In this document: positions 34,609-49,281 of the stretch, in pieces | Position numbering within the stretch: position 1 is the stretch's first letter | Layout: each line of letters begins with the position of its first letter | NCBI GenBank assembly: GCA_024704765.1 | Contig: JAKMXF010000360.1 | Span: 62,160 to 126,159, forward strand | DNA from: Oopsacas minuta | Taxonomy: Eukaryota > Animalia > Porifera | Reading direction: 5' to 3' | Length of the DNA stretch: 64,000 bases | The notes under the pieces: generated by a model | The model's input: only the letters and a program-made list of their open reading frames with translations | What the model was told of the DNA's origin: nothing | Database searches by the model: none | Made by a program: the position numbers and the translations under genes

Positions 34609-34895
34609 ATCCAGTAGATGCTCTCTTCATATCTGTAGTAGTGTTAGTATCTGTTATGCTGTGTATAGCGTATTCCTCTATTATGATTATTAATATAGCC
34701 ATTCTTGTTTATAAGAAATACAAATCTGATAAGAATGCTACATTTGCTGCTAATCCTAACGTAAAGGAGAAAGACCTAGAGAAGTCTATTGTTGTTGGTA
34801 ATCCTAATGCTCAGCTTGATGACACACCTATGCCACAATTTGGAACAGCTGATACTATTGTACACAGAGAAGATCATACGTCACCAATTCAATAA
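34609..34895 (+). CDS. Terminal exon of a small single-pass membrane protein (upstream exons uncertain)
   Basis: Acceptor ttaacacct...cctctag, then PVDALFISVVVLVSVMLCIAYSSIMIINIAILVYKKYK... (TM followed by basic residues). A possible 18-nt micro-exon lies at 34181-34198. Confidence 0.5.
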
Positions 34896-35572
34896 ACATT
34901 ATTTTGTAATAATATGTGCATATTTTGATTTAATATTTTGTTTGTAAATATCTTAACTCTTACAAAACTAGCAATAAATATGAATTTTCTCTGCAAATGT
35001 AGTGCAGATCTCTACGGTCCCCATGACAGCAGGGGTCCACAGAATGTACCAATTTGTCATAGGGGCTGGATTGGTTACCTGAATGATCTATTTTTAGCGA
35101 TTATAACCATGTACCTAACAGTATAATCATATAACAGCAGGACTCATACTCCATGCAATGAATACTATTATAATCTCTTTAGAATATAATTCTGTTGTTT
35201 GTATTCTCTATTCTATACGCAGATTATACCAGCTGTTTCCTTGATGGCTTCTATATAGCTATATATTGTCCTGGAGTATTCAGCTTATAAATATGTAATT
35301 AGACTTATTTGTGTTTATTACATTAATCTGTAATATATATTGTATAGATGGGAATATGTTGGGGGTATTTATAATGATCCCTCCATATTCCATTTGTAAC
35401 CCCAAGTTGCTATGAAATTTGAAGTATTTTGGATTATAATTGGAATAATTCCTATTATACAGTTCAGTTACCAGGACCATATGGCCCCTATCTGCTCCTA
35501 TTAGCTCATAATAGTCCTAACACTATACACAATATGACACTAACTCTTCTATAGTTCTATAACATATTAGAC

Positions 35573-37455
<1,883 letters not shown>

Positions 37456-37790
37456 TTCCTTATAGTGTCGTTATTAGTATTGTTATACATATCAATAGTG
37501 TTAATGTTATGCTATATGGAATATATATTATAGATGTTAATACTTGTTTATGTTATATTATTTGTTGTTATTTGTTTGGGAGGAAGAGATCAATTCAGTT
37601 ATTAGTTGTTTGCTGTAAAAGCCAATAAATATACAACCCGTCAACTCCAGGTATATCGAAACTCCAGGGACCGTGATGATTACTCGATATAACCGATGAA
37701 ATATGCGTATGTCCATATATGTACAATTTCACACTTATTATTTGATATACGTGGCTATCAGCTTTTAGACAATTTAATAACGTAAGAAGA

Positions 37791-40700
37791 ATGGATCTCC
37801 TCTCTAGGGGGTTCAGTGCGGTGCTAGGAGCGGGACAGGAAGGTGAAAGAGAGGACTCTACAGCTGGAGTAGTAGAGAAGCTCTGTCATAGATTAACTAC
37901 ATCTACTCTATTACAGGATAGGAGAGATGCTATGAGAGCTCTAAGGTAATTAATTTGTTTACTTGTTTATTTGTTTGTTTACCTGTTATTCATCTAAACA
38001 GGTCTCTCTCTCAATCAGAAGAGGGCTACAGAGTAGAAGTAGGAGCACAGGCTCTCCCTCACATAGTCTCCTGTCTAGAGGAGAAGGACTCAGAGCTCTG
38101 TATACTGACACTAGAAGCTATTCTGGGATTAATAGCTGCTGATAAGACTAGTGAGCTTAATGTTACATTCTCAGAGATTGTACTCAAACAACCTGAGGTG
38201 TGATAAACTGGAACTATAGATAATTAAATACAGTATATGCCGGTTATAAGAACACCCTTGGGAGTAGCAATACATGTTCTTAGAACCGGTATAAATATAC
38301 AGGAATTTATGAGAACCGTTTTCCTGTATACAGGTAGTTGGTCGTATCGTAGAGGTGTCTACAGATGGTGATATACACAGTCAGCTGGCAGGTATCCGTG
38401 TGATACGAGCTCTAACCTATAATACAAAAGAGAGGGTACAAGAATGTCTCCTCTCCTCTCCTGGAGCTATATCTCATCTCATGGATATACTGGATAAACA
38501 AGATATCATAAGAAATGAAGTGTTACTAGTGTTAAGTGGAGTATGTGAATCTAATCCACAGGTATACAACTAATACATTTATCCAACAGCTGTCTTAAAT
38601 ATTATCTTTTATTCTTATTCTATTTATAGATTCAGAAGCTTATAGCCTTTGAGAGTGGATTTGACAGATTACTGAGTATAGTAGAGACAGAGGGCTGTTT
38701 ATCAGGAGGTGTTATATCACAGGATTGTTTACATATTTGTATATCTCTACTCTCTTCTAATTCCTCTAATCAATCTCTGTTTAGAGAGGGACCTTACGTA
38801 TCTCCTATAAGGAATATATTAGAGGTGATTATATTAACAATTAAGATGTACTATTTACATATGTCTACTACGTATGCCTCTGTATTTAGGATGCTACAGT
38901 GTCTGATACAACAAGAGGCTGGGACCCAGGCAGAACAGAGAATGCTCAGCTAACTCTGAAGTTAATCCGCACCCTTTGCTCTCCTGATAACCCCCTCTCT
39001 GCCTCCCAACAGGCTAGAGCTAGTTTCAGAAGAGGAGGTCTACTTGCTCCCCTATTTAACCTAATGCTATCTGGTATGTGTGGCTATTTATAGAACAATA
39101 TCAGCTGATTATTCAATTATCACCTGTATATGTATAATAGGTACAGTACCCAAGGAGCTATTAACTGACACTATCCTGACGGTAGCAGAGGTGATATGGG
39201 GACAGTCACACAGTCAGGAGGAGCTAGCTAGAGCTACGATGCCAGCTAGCGGGGCTACTAATAAGCTAGCTATTGATACGCTATTGACATGTATGGTAAA
39301 TGATAAACAGGTAAATAGTGTGTAGATACAATTGTAGAGTATTATATGACATTCTTGTCTGGTTGCTAGGCACAGCAGATGAGACTAGCTTGTCTGTATG
39401 CGTTACAGGGATATCTTGTGTCTAATCTTACAAATCAACAGGACCTGCTATCTACTCTACTGCCCTCTAGGTAACAAATAAACAAATAAACAGACATATG
39501 TTTACTTCTAACACCTTGTATAGATCAGATGTAACATCCAGCTCATCATCAGGTCGCCTCCTCCTAGCTGGCCTCTTTGGTAGAGATCCTGTAACCTGCT
39601 GGTGCTCTAGTGTACTATTAGTATCAGCCTTAGAGAGTCAGGAGGCTAGAGAGGAACTGTTAAGAGTGCAGCTCTCCACTGGACAGGGACAAGGGTCTCT
39701 GGTTGCTATGATTTGTCAGAAGGTATGTAATACTATATTCATATATTCTTTATATTATTAATCATGTTAATTAAAGGTCAGAGATCAGCTGTTAGAGCCC
39801 CTAAAGCTGTCAGGTCTACTCTGTCTGCTCTCTGTGTGGGTGCATAACTGTCCTTCAGGTTGGTAACCAATGTGTATGTCGGTTATAAGAACATCCTTGA
39901 GAGTAGCAATACATGTTCTTATAACCGGTATAAATATACAGGAATATATGAGAACCAGTATCCATAGGATGTAGCTTATAGTGTGAATCCATTAGGCGCT
40001 GCTATACTGCTTAGAGATGGAGCGTTTATTGATCACATGATAACACAGACAGAGATACAGCCTGATTCAGAACAAGGAATAATACTCAGATCCTTATGTG
40101 CATTACAGCTGGGAGCTTGTATAGCAGCTTCTGGTAAGGATATGGATACAGAGAGAGGGAGGATATTAAATAGAGTACGAGTAGAACCTCTATGCGATAT
40201 GATATCTTATGTACTCAGGTTTGTTACTGCTATACTCCTATGTGCTAATTAGGTATTTAACCATGGATGGTGTTGTTATAGGAATAGCATATTATATTTA
40301 CAACACCTTATAGTTCCAGTTATGTATTTATAGATCAGATCCCTTCATAAGAGCTGCTAAGAAACCAGAACCTGTATCATTATCTCCTACAGCTATATCT
40401 CTATCATTCACATTCACTAATATAGCTAGACAAATAGTAGATAGAGCTGTTATATCTATCAGCTGTCCTGTATCAGCTGATCAGGTAGATGATACAGCTG
40501 TAGTAGCTCAGTATAAACAGCTAATAGCTAGACAGGATGGGGAGATGGAAGTTATGAAAGGTACATTGGAGCAATACAGAGTACAGGTAGCCTCCTATAC
40601 GTATATACAGTTAATACAAGTAGGGATGAATTTTCACGCTTTATTGTCCATCGATTTATCGGAAAGTTTTTCAGTTATTTCACATTCCATTCGCTACTAA

Positions 40701-41422
40701 CTGTTGTCTAGCTTTGCTATATAATGCTAGTTCTATATATAGACAGATAGTCTCCGTAGAGAGGTGTCAATATATCAACAGAAACAATTAGACTCCTCGC
40801 AGCTGATACAACAGCTGAGAAGTAGAGTTAATCAGCTGGAGGATCAGCTGACTAGTCTCAGTACAAAAGATATACGATCTAGCCCTGAGTTAGATCAGAG
40901 TATTGATACATCTACCCCTGTTAGAGAGATAGCTAAGAAGAATGAGTTATTAGGTAAGCATAACGTCACTAGCAGGACATTATTTATAATCACATACTAC
41001 ATACCATGAATATATTCACCAACTCCTCTAACGTGCTTCTGTGACGTGTTAGTCCCAGTTTCCATGGTTACCTTGTTCGTATTTGTTTACAGGGACTTAT
41101 TCCAATCTCTCCTCTAGAAAAGGAACAAGAGGAACTGTTGATGTACTTAGCTGACCTAGATATGAAGGTCCGTAGATACAGGACTAGGTTAGAGGAATTA
41201 GGACAGTACCTCTCTTCATCAGAAGATGATTCAGATAGCGAGAGACCTCTACAGGAACCTGAACTATACCCAGCTAATGGTTACCATAGCAACGTAGAAT
41301 ATTCACACCTAACTAGAGAAAGTGAATTCCCTACTCTGCCACCTGTGACAGCTACTGAGGCGACACATTTGTCACCCTTTGACCAACCACCATATAATTC
41401 CTCTCCCAATCAATTGACATAA
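37791..41422 (+). CDS. USO1: General vesicular transport factor p115 (armadillo head, coiled coil, acidic tail), multi-exon
   Basis: VEKLCHRLTTSTLLQDRRDAMRAL...YRVEVGAQALPHIV, PGAISHLMDIL..QDIIRNEVLLVL, QKLIAFESGFDRLLSI, ELLRVQL and C-terminal DLDMKVRRYRTRLEELG match p115/Uso1. Confidence 0.93.
41058..41293. promoter_or_regulatory. Two RFX X-box-like sites: GTTTCCATGGTTAC (41058-41071) and GTTACCATAGCAAC (41280-41293)
   Basis: They match the X-box consensus GTNNYY-AT-RRNAAC (second exactly, first with one mismatch). They lie about 350-590 bp upstream of the LARP4 ATG, and the second is inside USO1 coding sequence. Function unverified. Confidence 0.35.
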
Positions 41423-41644
41423 CTGCTGTAATTATATTTAAGCTGTGTTGATAATGATATAGTTATTAATTCTATAAATAGAACAGAAATTTAATATTTA
41501 TAGAATTAACCTGCATAACTAATAGCCGATACGGTTGCTACGATATAGTTATTGATATTACAGTGTAACCTCCTTGAACGGGGAACTTCTGGAAATGGCG
41601 TGATATTATTTGTTCTGTTAGCTGTTATATTATTAGTTAGCTTA

Positions 41645-44546
41645 ATGACAACTATAGCAAGTGATAACACTGATAGTGACACTATATGCTCTGTCAGGGG
41701 TCTAACTCTTGAGAATGGTAACGGAGATTCTAACAGCTTCGAGACAGAAGATCCTATTGCTTCTGTAAACAAGAAAACACGAAATATAGATACACATGAA
41801 TTAAAACTTTCAAACTTCAAAAATGCACAATATGACACTTCTAATTGTGTCGCAGTAGCCACTGAAATAGTCACAAATGGTATTGACACCTCTAGTGAAG
41901 AGTTAAGTGATAGAATTAGAAAACAAATTGAATATTATTTCTCTAAGTAAGTTATTTGTTGTTGTTATTGTTGTTGTTGTTGTGTGATATTATTGTTTGT
42001 TTATCTTATAGAGAGAATTATTGGAACGATCAATACTTGTGTAAGTTATATAATAAATAATAACAAATAAATACGTATACATATTTCACACCTTTGTTTA
42101 GTATCACAGAGTGACGCAGATAGGTTTGTGAGTATAGTTATACTCGCTACTTTCCCAGCTGTTAAGCATCTATCAACTGATTTAGATGCTATTAGACATG
42201 CGTTAAGAGGATCAGTACAGCTGGAGATGGATCCAGCTGAGAATAAGGTAATCTAGGAGAAGTGTTTGTTTGTTTGTTTGTTTACTATATGTATATACAA
42301 TCAACTCAGGTTATATCTAACACGGTATATATAGAAATACCCGCTTATATAGAAGTACAAATATTGTTCCAAACCGTCAAAATACGTATATTTCATCGGT
42401 TAGTATCTAAGTAACTATCAGCTTAGATATAACCGGAGTTGATTGTATGTATTATTTATATCAGCTGGTTATTGTACACATTATGGTTTAGGTACGTCCC
42501 AACCTGAAGAGGTGCATATTAATCCTTCGGGACATCCCTGAGGACACATCTCCCGAGGAGATAGAGGCCTTATTTGAGGGAGAGGGTGTACCAGACGTGA
42601 AGGGACGAGTAGAGTTTGCTATTAACAGTAATTGCTATATCAGATTTGATTCTGAAGCTGATGCTAGCTCTGCTTATCAATTTGTTATTAACAAGACATA
42701 CAATGGGAAACCTATATATGTGAGTTATTTGTTTGTTTGTTTGTTTGTTTGTTTGTTTACTTCACACCTCTATCTACAGCCTAGAATAAAGTCAGCGTCG
42801 TCATCTCTCCCACCTTCTCCAGATATGGTAACTAATAATATAATCTATTTAGTAACATTTATACTTTGTGTATATTTTGTAGCCATCTCCTTACCCTACT
42901 AGACAATTCGACCAATATCCTATGTACAATTACCCAGCTATACCAGTTAGTTACTGTATGTTATATATTAGTTCCGGTTATTAACACCTCTTATCCATAG
43001 CTTCCTTACATGCACCCAGCTCCTGTGTCCTCTTGGGGACCAATTGAGCCAATTCTGTACCAGGGATATCTTAAACCAACACTATTAGGTAATGTCTTAT
43101 GATATATGTATATTAGGTGTTAAGATTAATCACATTCTTACAGTTCCCAGATATATACCAATGCCAAGAATGTTCCCACATAAACAATCTGAATTCGTCG
43201 GCTCCCCAGTTACCAGAAATGGTAGTTTGGAATTTAATCAGTCATCACCTCCTAACACTAGACATCACGGTAACACCTCTGTCTCCAGTGAGATACACGG
43301 GAGGGAGGGAGGGGAGGGGAGGAGCTCTAGACGGAAGACAGGGGGAAAATACCCGCCTAGGGAAGAGAAGAAGCCTGAGAGAGTTAGTTCTGGTATATAC
43401 ATATATTAGTTCTATATATTAATATGTGTGTATAGATACCAACACCTAAAATGGATGCAGATTCATTCCCTCCATTACCTACTAGTCCAGGAGTACACAC
43501 ATTCCAATTCCACTCTCCTATCACCCCGCAGACTCCTGTAGAGCCTACTAATAAAACCCTCTCTGATATAGTGAGGAAGGGTCCAACCAGTGTCACATCT
43601 TCTCTCCCACGACACACCGCAGCTAATCCCCCTCCCTCTCTTGGTAGGGGTAGGGGTAGAGGGTTCTTAGAGTCCCCGGGGTGTGAGGTAGGGGACAGAC
43701 ATCAAGAGGGTGATACAGAAACATTTAAGTGAGTGACACATCTCTTGTTTGTGGATGTTTACTGTATATGTATTTATAGGAGCGATGTTTCTAGACCTCT
43801 GGGTAGAGGTAGGAAGCCTAAGTCTCAGAGTACTTCAGATACACCCACACAGACCAATCAGCTGACAGATCAATCCAGGAGCTTGTCAGAGAGTGGAGAC
43901 AAGGTGAGAACCCCTGGGGGCATAATAATATCCAAGCATTTGATTCTAATATCATAATTGTTATTTGTAGGATATTTCGAAATCTGAGAAGCTCTCCTAT
44001 GCTCAGATGGCTCAGAAACTTCCCCCACCTCCTCCTCCCCCTCTCCCTGAGGCAGCTAACTACCTGACTGCCTCTCCTACACCCTCTGACTCCCCTAACC
44101 CTACCCCATCCTCTACTCAGACACAGGGGTTCTTTAAGGACTCCTCTGACACGTATTTTAATAGTTAGTTCCAGTTTCACATATTCTATACAAATATGTT
44201 ATAACTGTTTGTTATAGGTTCTTCTAATAGAAGTACACAGGATAGCGATAATAAATCTTCTCAACGGAAACATTACGTCAGGTAGCGTATATACACATTT
44301 ATCCCATAATTAGTTCCAGTTTGATTGTAGTATGTTTAGGGTGTCAAATGGACCAATTAGCAGAGGTGTCAGGGGGTATAACGGATCAGAGAATCCTAAA
44401 CTACACAGAAAGGGGGGATACTCAAATTCTAGAACCTCTAGAGAGAGGAGAGCAGTACACCAGGACAGAGATAGCGCTTTCAGAGGTTAGTTTCAGTTAC
44501 ATATGTCAATCAGTATTTATCGTTTATTCTATTTACAGATCATTAG
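41645..44546 (+). CDS. LARP4: La-related protein 4/4B (La motif, RRM, low-complexity C-terminus), multi-exon
   Basis: IRKQIEYYFS|ENYWNDQYL; KVRPNLKRCILILRDIPEDT..EEIEALF...EFAINSNCYIRFDSEADASSAY...GKPI is characteristic of LARP4. Also DSFPPLP. The last exons were spliced by hand to a stop at 44544-44546. Confidence 0.88.
42298..42445. mobile_element. Tigger/pogo-like MITE family B, full copy (partial copies at ~30345-30477, ~31395-31535, ~51590-51637; diverged ~37636-37710)
   Basis: 23-bp TIR caatcaactc(a/c)ggttatatctaa with one mismatch and TA on both sides. The internal aacacgga.a.atagaaatacccgc block is shared by the other copies. Confidence 0.85.
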
Positions 44547-45067
44547 CAATTATAAGATAACAGAACAGACTAACGGCACGAATACTATTCTTATTATATT
44601 AAATTATTATCAACCATCTGATGTCTCTGTTCATGTGTGGAATATGTGTCGCAGTGGTTAGTGTTTGTTATTTGAGACATTTTGGTGGTTTGATAGATAA
44701 TAGGAGAGCTAATCGACTCTATTATGAAATCAGTTCGATTCATTATTGTTATTTGTTTATTATTTGTGTACTGATTTGTAGATTAATATATTCATTGTTA
44801 ATACAATACACTCAATTCTCGTTTTATTCTAGCTAGTATATCTATTTGATAATGAATTTATTTGCTATGAACTGATGTATCAGTTGTTCTAAGGGAAATA
44901 TCAGCTGTGTGTTTGTGTGTCAGCTGAGCTCATTGGAGTTCAACACCTATCCTAAATAACAGCTGTTATGTAATACTAATTTTGAGATCCTGTGGACCAG
45001 CTGCTATCTTTCGTGATTGCTCTACCATTCAATAACTATTAACATTTATAGCCAATATGAATTCTGT

Positions 45068-46012
45068 ATGGAATTCCTGATAGTATCAAAAGCTGCGATA
45101 AGAGATGTCCCTAAGTTTGGTCCTCCTCGTCCCTATGTATCCAGCACTAACAGGACCAGACAGAAGTGGCAGACCTGTAAACCAAAAATTTCTATAAGTC
45201 TAGACTCACTAAATGTGTCAGAGAAGTGTGAAAAAGTTAAACCGAAGAAAATACGAAAATCTAAGAAATCACATTCTATTTCTCTTATTAATCATATCGA
45301 GAATTCTCCACAAAAGGTGTCAAAATATACTAATAATAGACACATAAGGACATGCCCGAGTAACCCTGTATTAACCAGATATACAGATAATATATTCACA
45401 CCTAAGTTAAATGTTAAACCACCAGCTGAGCCAAAAGAATTCTCTCCTGATAGAATAATTAAGAGAGCTATTTCTAATATAATGTGTCGCTCTGCCACTC
45501 AGCCACTTCACACCCCGGTCACTTCTAATTCCATACAGGAGCTGAGGAATTGTGTCACACATAAACTACCTACAAATAGTGCCACTAAATCAATTAAATT
45601 TCCTAAACCAGGACACTTTTTGAGCCACCAAGCCATACCCCCTCAATCCTCCCGTAAGAAGAGGATATACTTGTCTGACCCTCAGAACCCAGGGGTAGTA
45701 GGCTCTACAGCTGGTCGGATACCTCCCCTAAACTCTCCTATAGATGTGTCACATTCCTTTGAGATAGTACCGTCGTTAGGTGACGCTAAGAGTCAGGTAT
45801 CGTTACAGAAGGAATTGAGGAATTTAGAAGCTAAGCGCATAGCTATTTCATTGGCTAATACAGAAAAGGCGCGCGTTATGAATGACAAGAGAACTGAAGG
45901 AGAGAAATTACGCGCCAGAATACAATTCCGCGCCGAAATTTACGCGCTAAATAAAGAAATGCGATTATTGGAGGAAAATAAATTCAAAGAAGCGCTATCT
46001 GCCAAGGTGTAG
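45068..46012 (+). CDS. Intronless ~314-aa basic, low-complexity protein with a C-terminal SVBP/CCDC23-like motif
   Basis: Long open frame (45017-46012; first in-frame ATG at 45068). C-terminal [23 protein letters not shown] resembles SVBP [23 protein letters not shown]. Confidence 0.7.
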   Translation: [314 protein letters not shown]

Positions 46013-46177
46013 CCTAGTTGCCAGTTTGGTTTAATGGTATTTATTGTTGTACATACTATCATACAGACTTTACACCTGTCAAGACGAAATGTATTTATTG
46101 ATTTAGCCTTTTATATACACATCGTATATGTATATGTTAACACCTTTACTACCCCCATCTTATTCTATTTTTAGAAT

Positions 46178-47337
46178 ATGTTAGCTCCTATAATAATAGG
46201 TTCTATTGCGGTTTGTGGATTCCTACTTTTGAATTCTGTCCACCAGATTGAAGAGGGACATGTGGGGGTCTATTTCAGAGGAGGAGCCTTACTCTCCGCC
46301 ATATCAGAGCCCGGATATAATATAAAACTACCATTCATCACCATGTACAGGTCTGTACAGACTACTTTACAAACTGATGAGGTTAAGAATGTCCCGTGTG
46401 GTACCAGCGGAGGTGTTATGATATATTTTGACAGAGTAGAGGTTGTTAATATCCTGGATTATGATGCTGTGTATACAATAGTAAAGAAATACACAGCTGA
46501 TTACGATAGGACACTTATATTCAATAAGGTAAATATTCATATGATTAATTCACACCTTTCATGATATAATATGTTACTATTTATAGGTACACCATGAGCT
46601 GAACCAATTCTGCTCCTCTCACACCCTGCAAGAGGTGTATATAGACTATTTTGATCAGATAGATGAGAATTTAAGAACAGCTTTACAGAAGGAATTGACT
46701 CAGATGGCTCCAGGTCTCCTAGTGCAAGCTGTGAGGGTTACTAAACCTAAAATACCAGAGACTATAAGACAGAATTATGAGTCTATGGAGGGAGAGAAGA
46801 CTAAGCTGCTTATATCTACACAGAAACAGAAGGTAGGTGTTATAATATGGAACTATTAGATTGATACGCTTAGAGACCGTGATACTTCCTATAACTGATG
46901 TAATATTTGTTACTTTGGCGGTTGACTAATCCATGGTTCCATTAATGCTATAGGTAATAGAGAAAGAAGCAGAGACCGAGAGGAAGAGAGCTATAATAGA
47001 AGCAGAGAAGCAAGCACAAGTTGCTAGGATACAGTTAGAACAGAAAATATTAGAAAAGGACAGCTTAAGGAAAATGTCTGAGATAGAAGACATGACTCAT
47101 GTTGCTAAAGAAAAGGCTATAGCTGATGCTAAGTACTACTCAGCTGAGAGAGAAGCTGTAGCTAATAAAATGACACTAACACCTCAGTATTTGGAACTAT
47201 CTAGATACAAATCTCTTACACAGAATGCTAAGTTATATTTTGGTTCCAGTTTACCACAGTTTTTAACTCAGCTGACTGGTGATGATATTGGAACTATCAA
47301 GGGATTTGGTTCCGATTCAGAGAAGAATGAGAATTGA
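46178..47337 (+). CDS. ERLIN: Erlin (SPFH-domain ER lipid-raft protein), 3 exons
   Basis: [57 protein letters not shown] and [28 protein letters not shown] match Erlin-1/2. Confidence 0.97.
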
Positions 47338-47510
47338 TTTGTTACTAGTTCTATGCTATTGCTTGTTTCTATTATTAGAATATTCGTAGACAGTTTTTAT
47401 GAATTCCATAGATATGTCATGGTAACTATGATAATCCACTTGCATTATAGTAGTCTGTATATGTATATTTTCACACCTTTTGATATTAACATATTTAGTT
47501 TGTAGCTTAT

Positions 47511-49130
47511 ATGGCAGACTTGTTAGTTCCTAATGACACCAGACAGACACATCTAGAGGTGTTAATAAGTGGATCTACTCTCAGTTTTCTTACATTTAAG
47601 CTCAAAAACTGTCAGGGAGATACTGAAGGATTTCTATATGGACATGTTAATACAAGGTTAGTTATTATAGTGTAACATATGTCCTCTCTGAATTCTTAGA
47701 AACAGCTGACTAACAAATAAACTGTAATAATATATTCCTATAGAGTAACACAAGAGGTGTCAGATACTCAAGAAGAATATGAATCTATACAGAAAACAAT
47801 AACAATAACAGACTTTATTTGTTTTAAGAATAAGTTTACCTTCTATGATAAATGTGGCAGACTTGACACCTCTAAATGTGCCCGTGTAGAGTGTCTGACA
47901 AGTGGCACGGTGGCACACTCCAGGACAGTAGGATGGTTCTCATTCCGTAGAAATACTACTAGTGGTATGTCTATAAGAGAGAAGTTCATTCATCAAGATT
48001 TGAAGAATTTGTTTACTCCTGCTATTGACACCTTCCTGCATTTGTTGTTAATTGAAACTCTATCTAATCAGCTGGTGTTAGAGCAGTTATCTCTATCTGT
48101 AAGTAAACAAACAAACAAACAAACCTCGAATTAATTACTTCATCAACAGGTAAACACCTATGACCCGTGTTTCACTGGTAAACACATCCTTACTCCTCAT
48201 TCTCTGAAGATAATTAATCTTAATGCTACTAACAGTAAGAATAGCTACAAATACCCTATAGACATAGCTGGCATATCACTAGCTCATTCTATCTCCCTCG
48301 ACACCATTATAACACCGTATTCTGAGCAGATAGGAACCAAACCTCCTTTCTTACAGTCCTCACAGATGATTACACAGGTTATACATATTATACTATCTAT
48401 GTTATATGATTAATCATATTTTAACACCTTAGATATCTACAAAAACTCTTGACAGGATGTCACAATTGAGAGGACAGATAATCTCTAACGCGGGACACAT
48501 CGATCAGCTGAAGAGTGAGATTAGAGAGATGTCACGTGACACTAGCTACCCAGTTGATTTGACACCTTCAGCTCCCCCCTCCTCTATACTCATAAACATA
48601 AACAAGAAGACAGCTGTATGTGTAACTAGTAAATAACAACAAATAAACATATGAACCTAATCTATTATTATAGGATATTAGCCTACCTCAGAAATCAGCT
48701 GCTGATTATAATACATATTCTAATCAAGATAAGATTATTAATCAGGATCCTAATCTGGCACATACTGGAAGCACAAGGTAAGTCTACTCAATATTGATAC
48801 CTAGCTTTATATGCATATTTTCACACCTTTTCTTATAGGATATTTCCACCACTCGAAGTTAACCCTTCAACACTCCCAGAACAACCACCCCCGTATAATC
48901 ACCACCTGTCACAGGGTTACACGGGAACACTAGAGATCCCATCACAGCCTCATGCACCTATGGATACTACTAGTCATGTAGCACTAGCCATATTCACAAA
49001 TAATAACAATAACAATAATAACAATAACTTCATACAAACAAAATTATCAGCTGATAACAGTAAGGTTATAGGATTCTATCATAGCAACATTAAAGTTAAG
49101 AAAGAATGTGAGGATGAGAGTTCAGCTTAA
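47511..49130 (+). CDS. ABRAXAS: Abraxas-family MPN- scaffold (BRISC/BRCA1-A subunit), multi-exon
   Basis: VLISGSTLSFL...GDTEGFLYGHV, FTFYDKCGRLD and VGWFSFRRNTTSGMSIREKFIHQDL parallel ABRAXAS2 ISGYTFSAV..DHEGFLLGEV, FSFYDYASKVN and [23 protein letters not shown]. Paralog (1 or 2) not assignable. Confidence 0.82.
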
Positions 49131-49281
49131 TTATACTATCGAGGTGTTAACTGATTTGCTATAAATAGAAGTGTTTTAATTTAACGAATTTTATCTGATT
49201 ACTATAACAACAATATATATATATGTATATGTATACAAACAGACAAACAAATAGTTGTTTACTAATAGCTAAGATAAACAA

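Noticed and set aside
35100-35560. Possible small gene between the TM exon and ATP6V1B
   Set aside because: Only short frames with stops, no recognisable motif and no consistent splice structure.
41552-41644. Hydrophobic N-terminal extension of the LARP4 ORF (VILFVLLAVILLVSL) read as a signal peptide
   Set aside because: The ORF start is a non-ATG codon, the stretch is a T-rich acceptor region ending in AG four nt before the first ATG, and LARP4 proteins are cytosolic.
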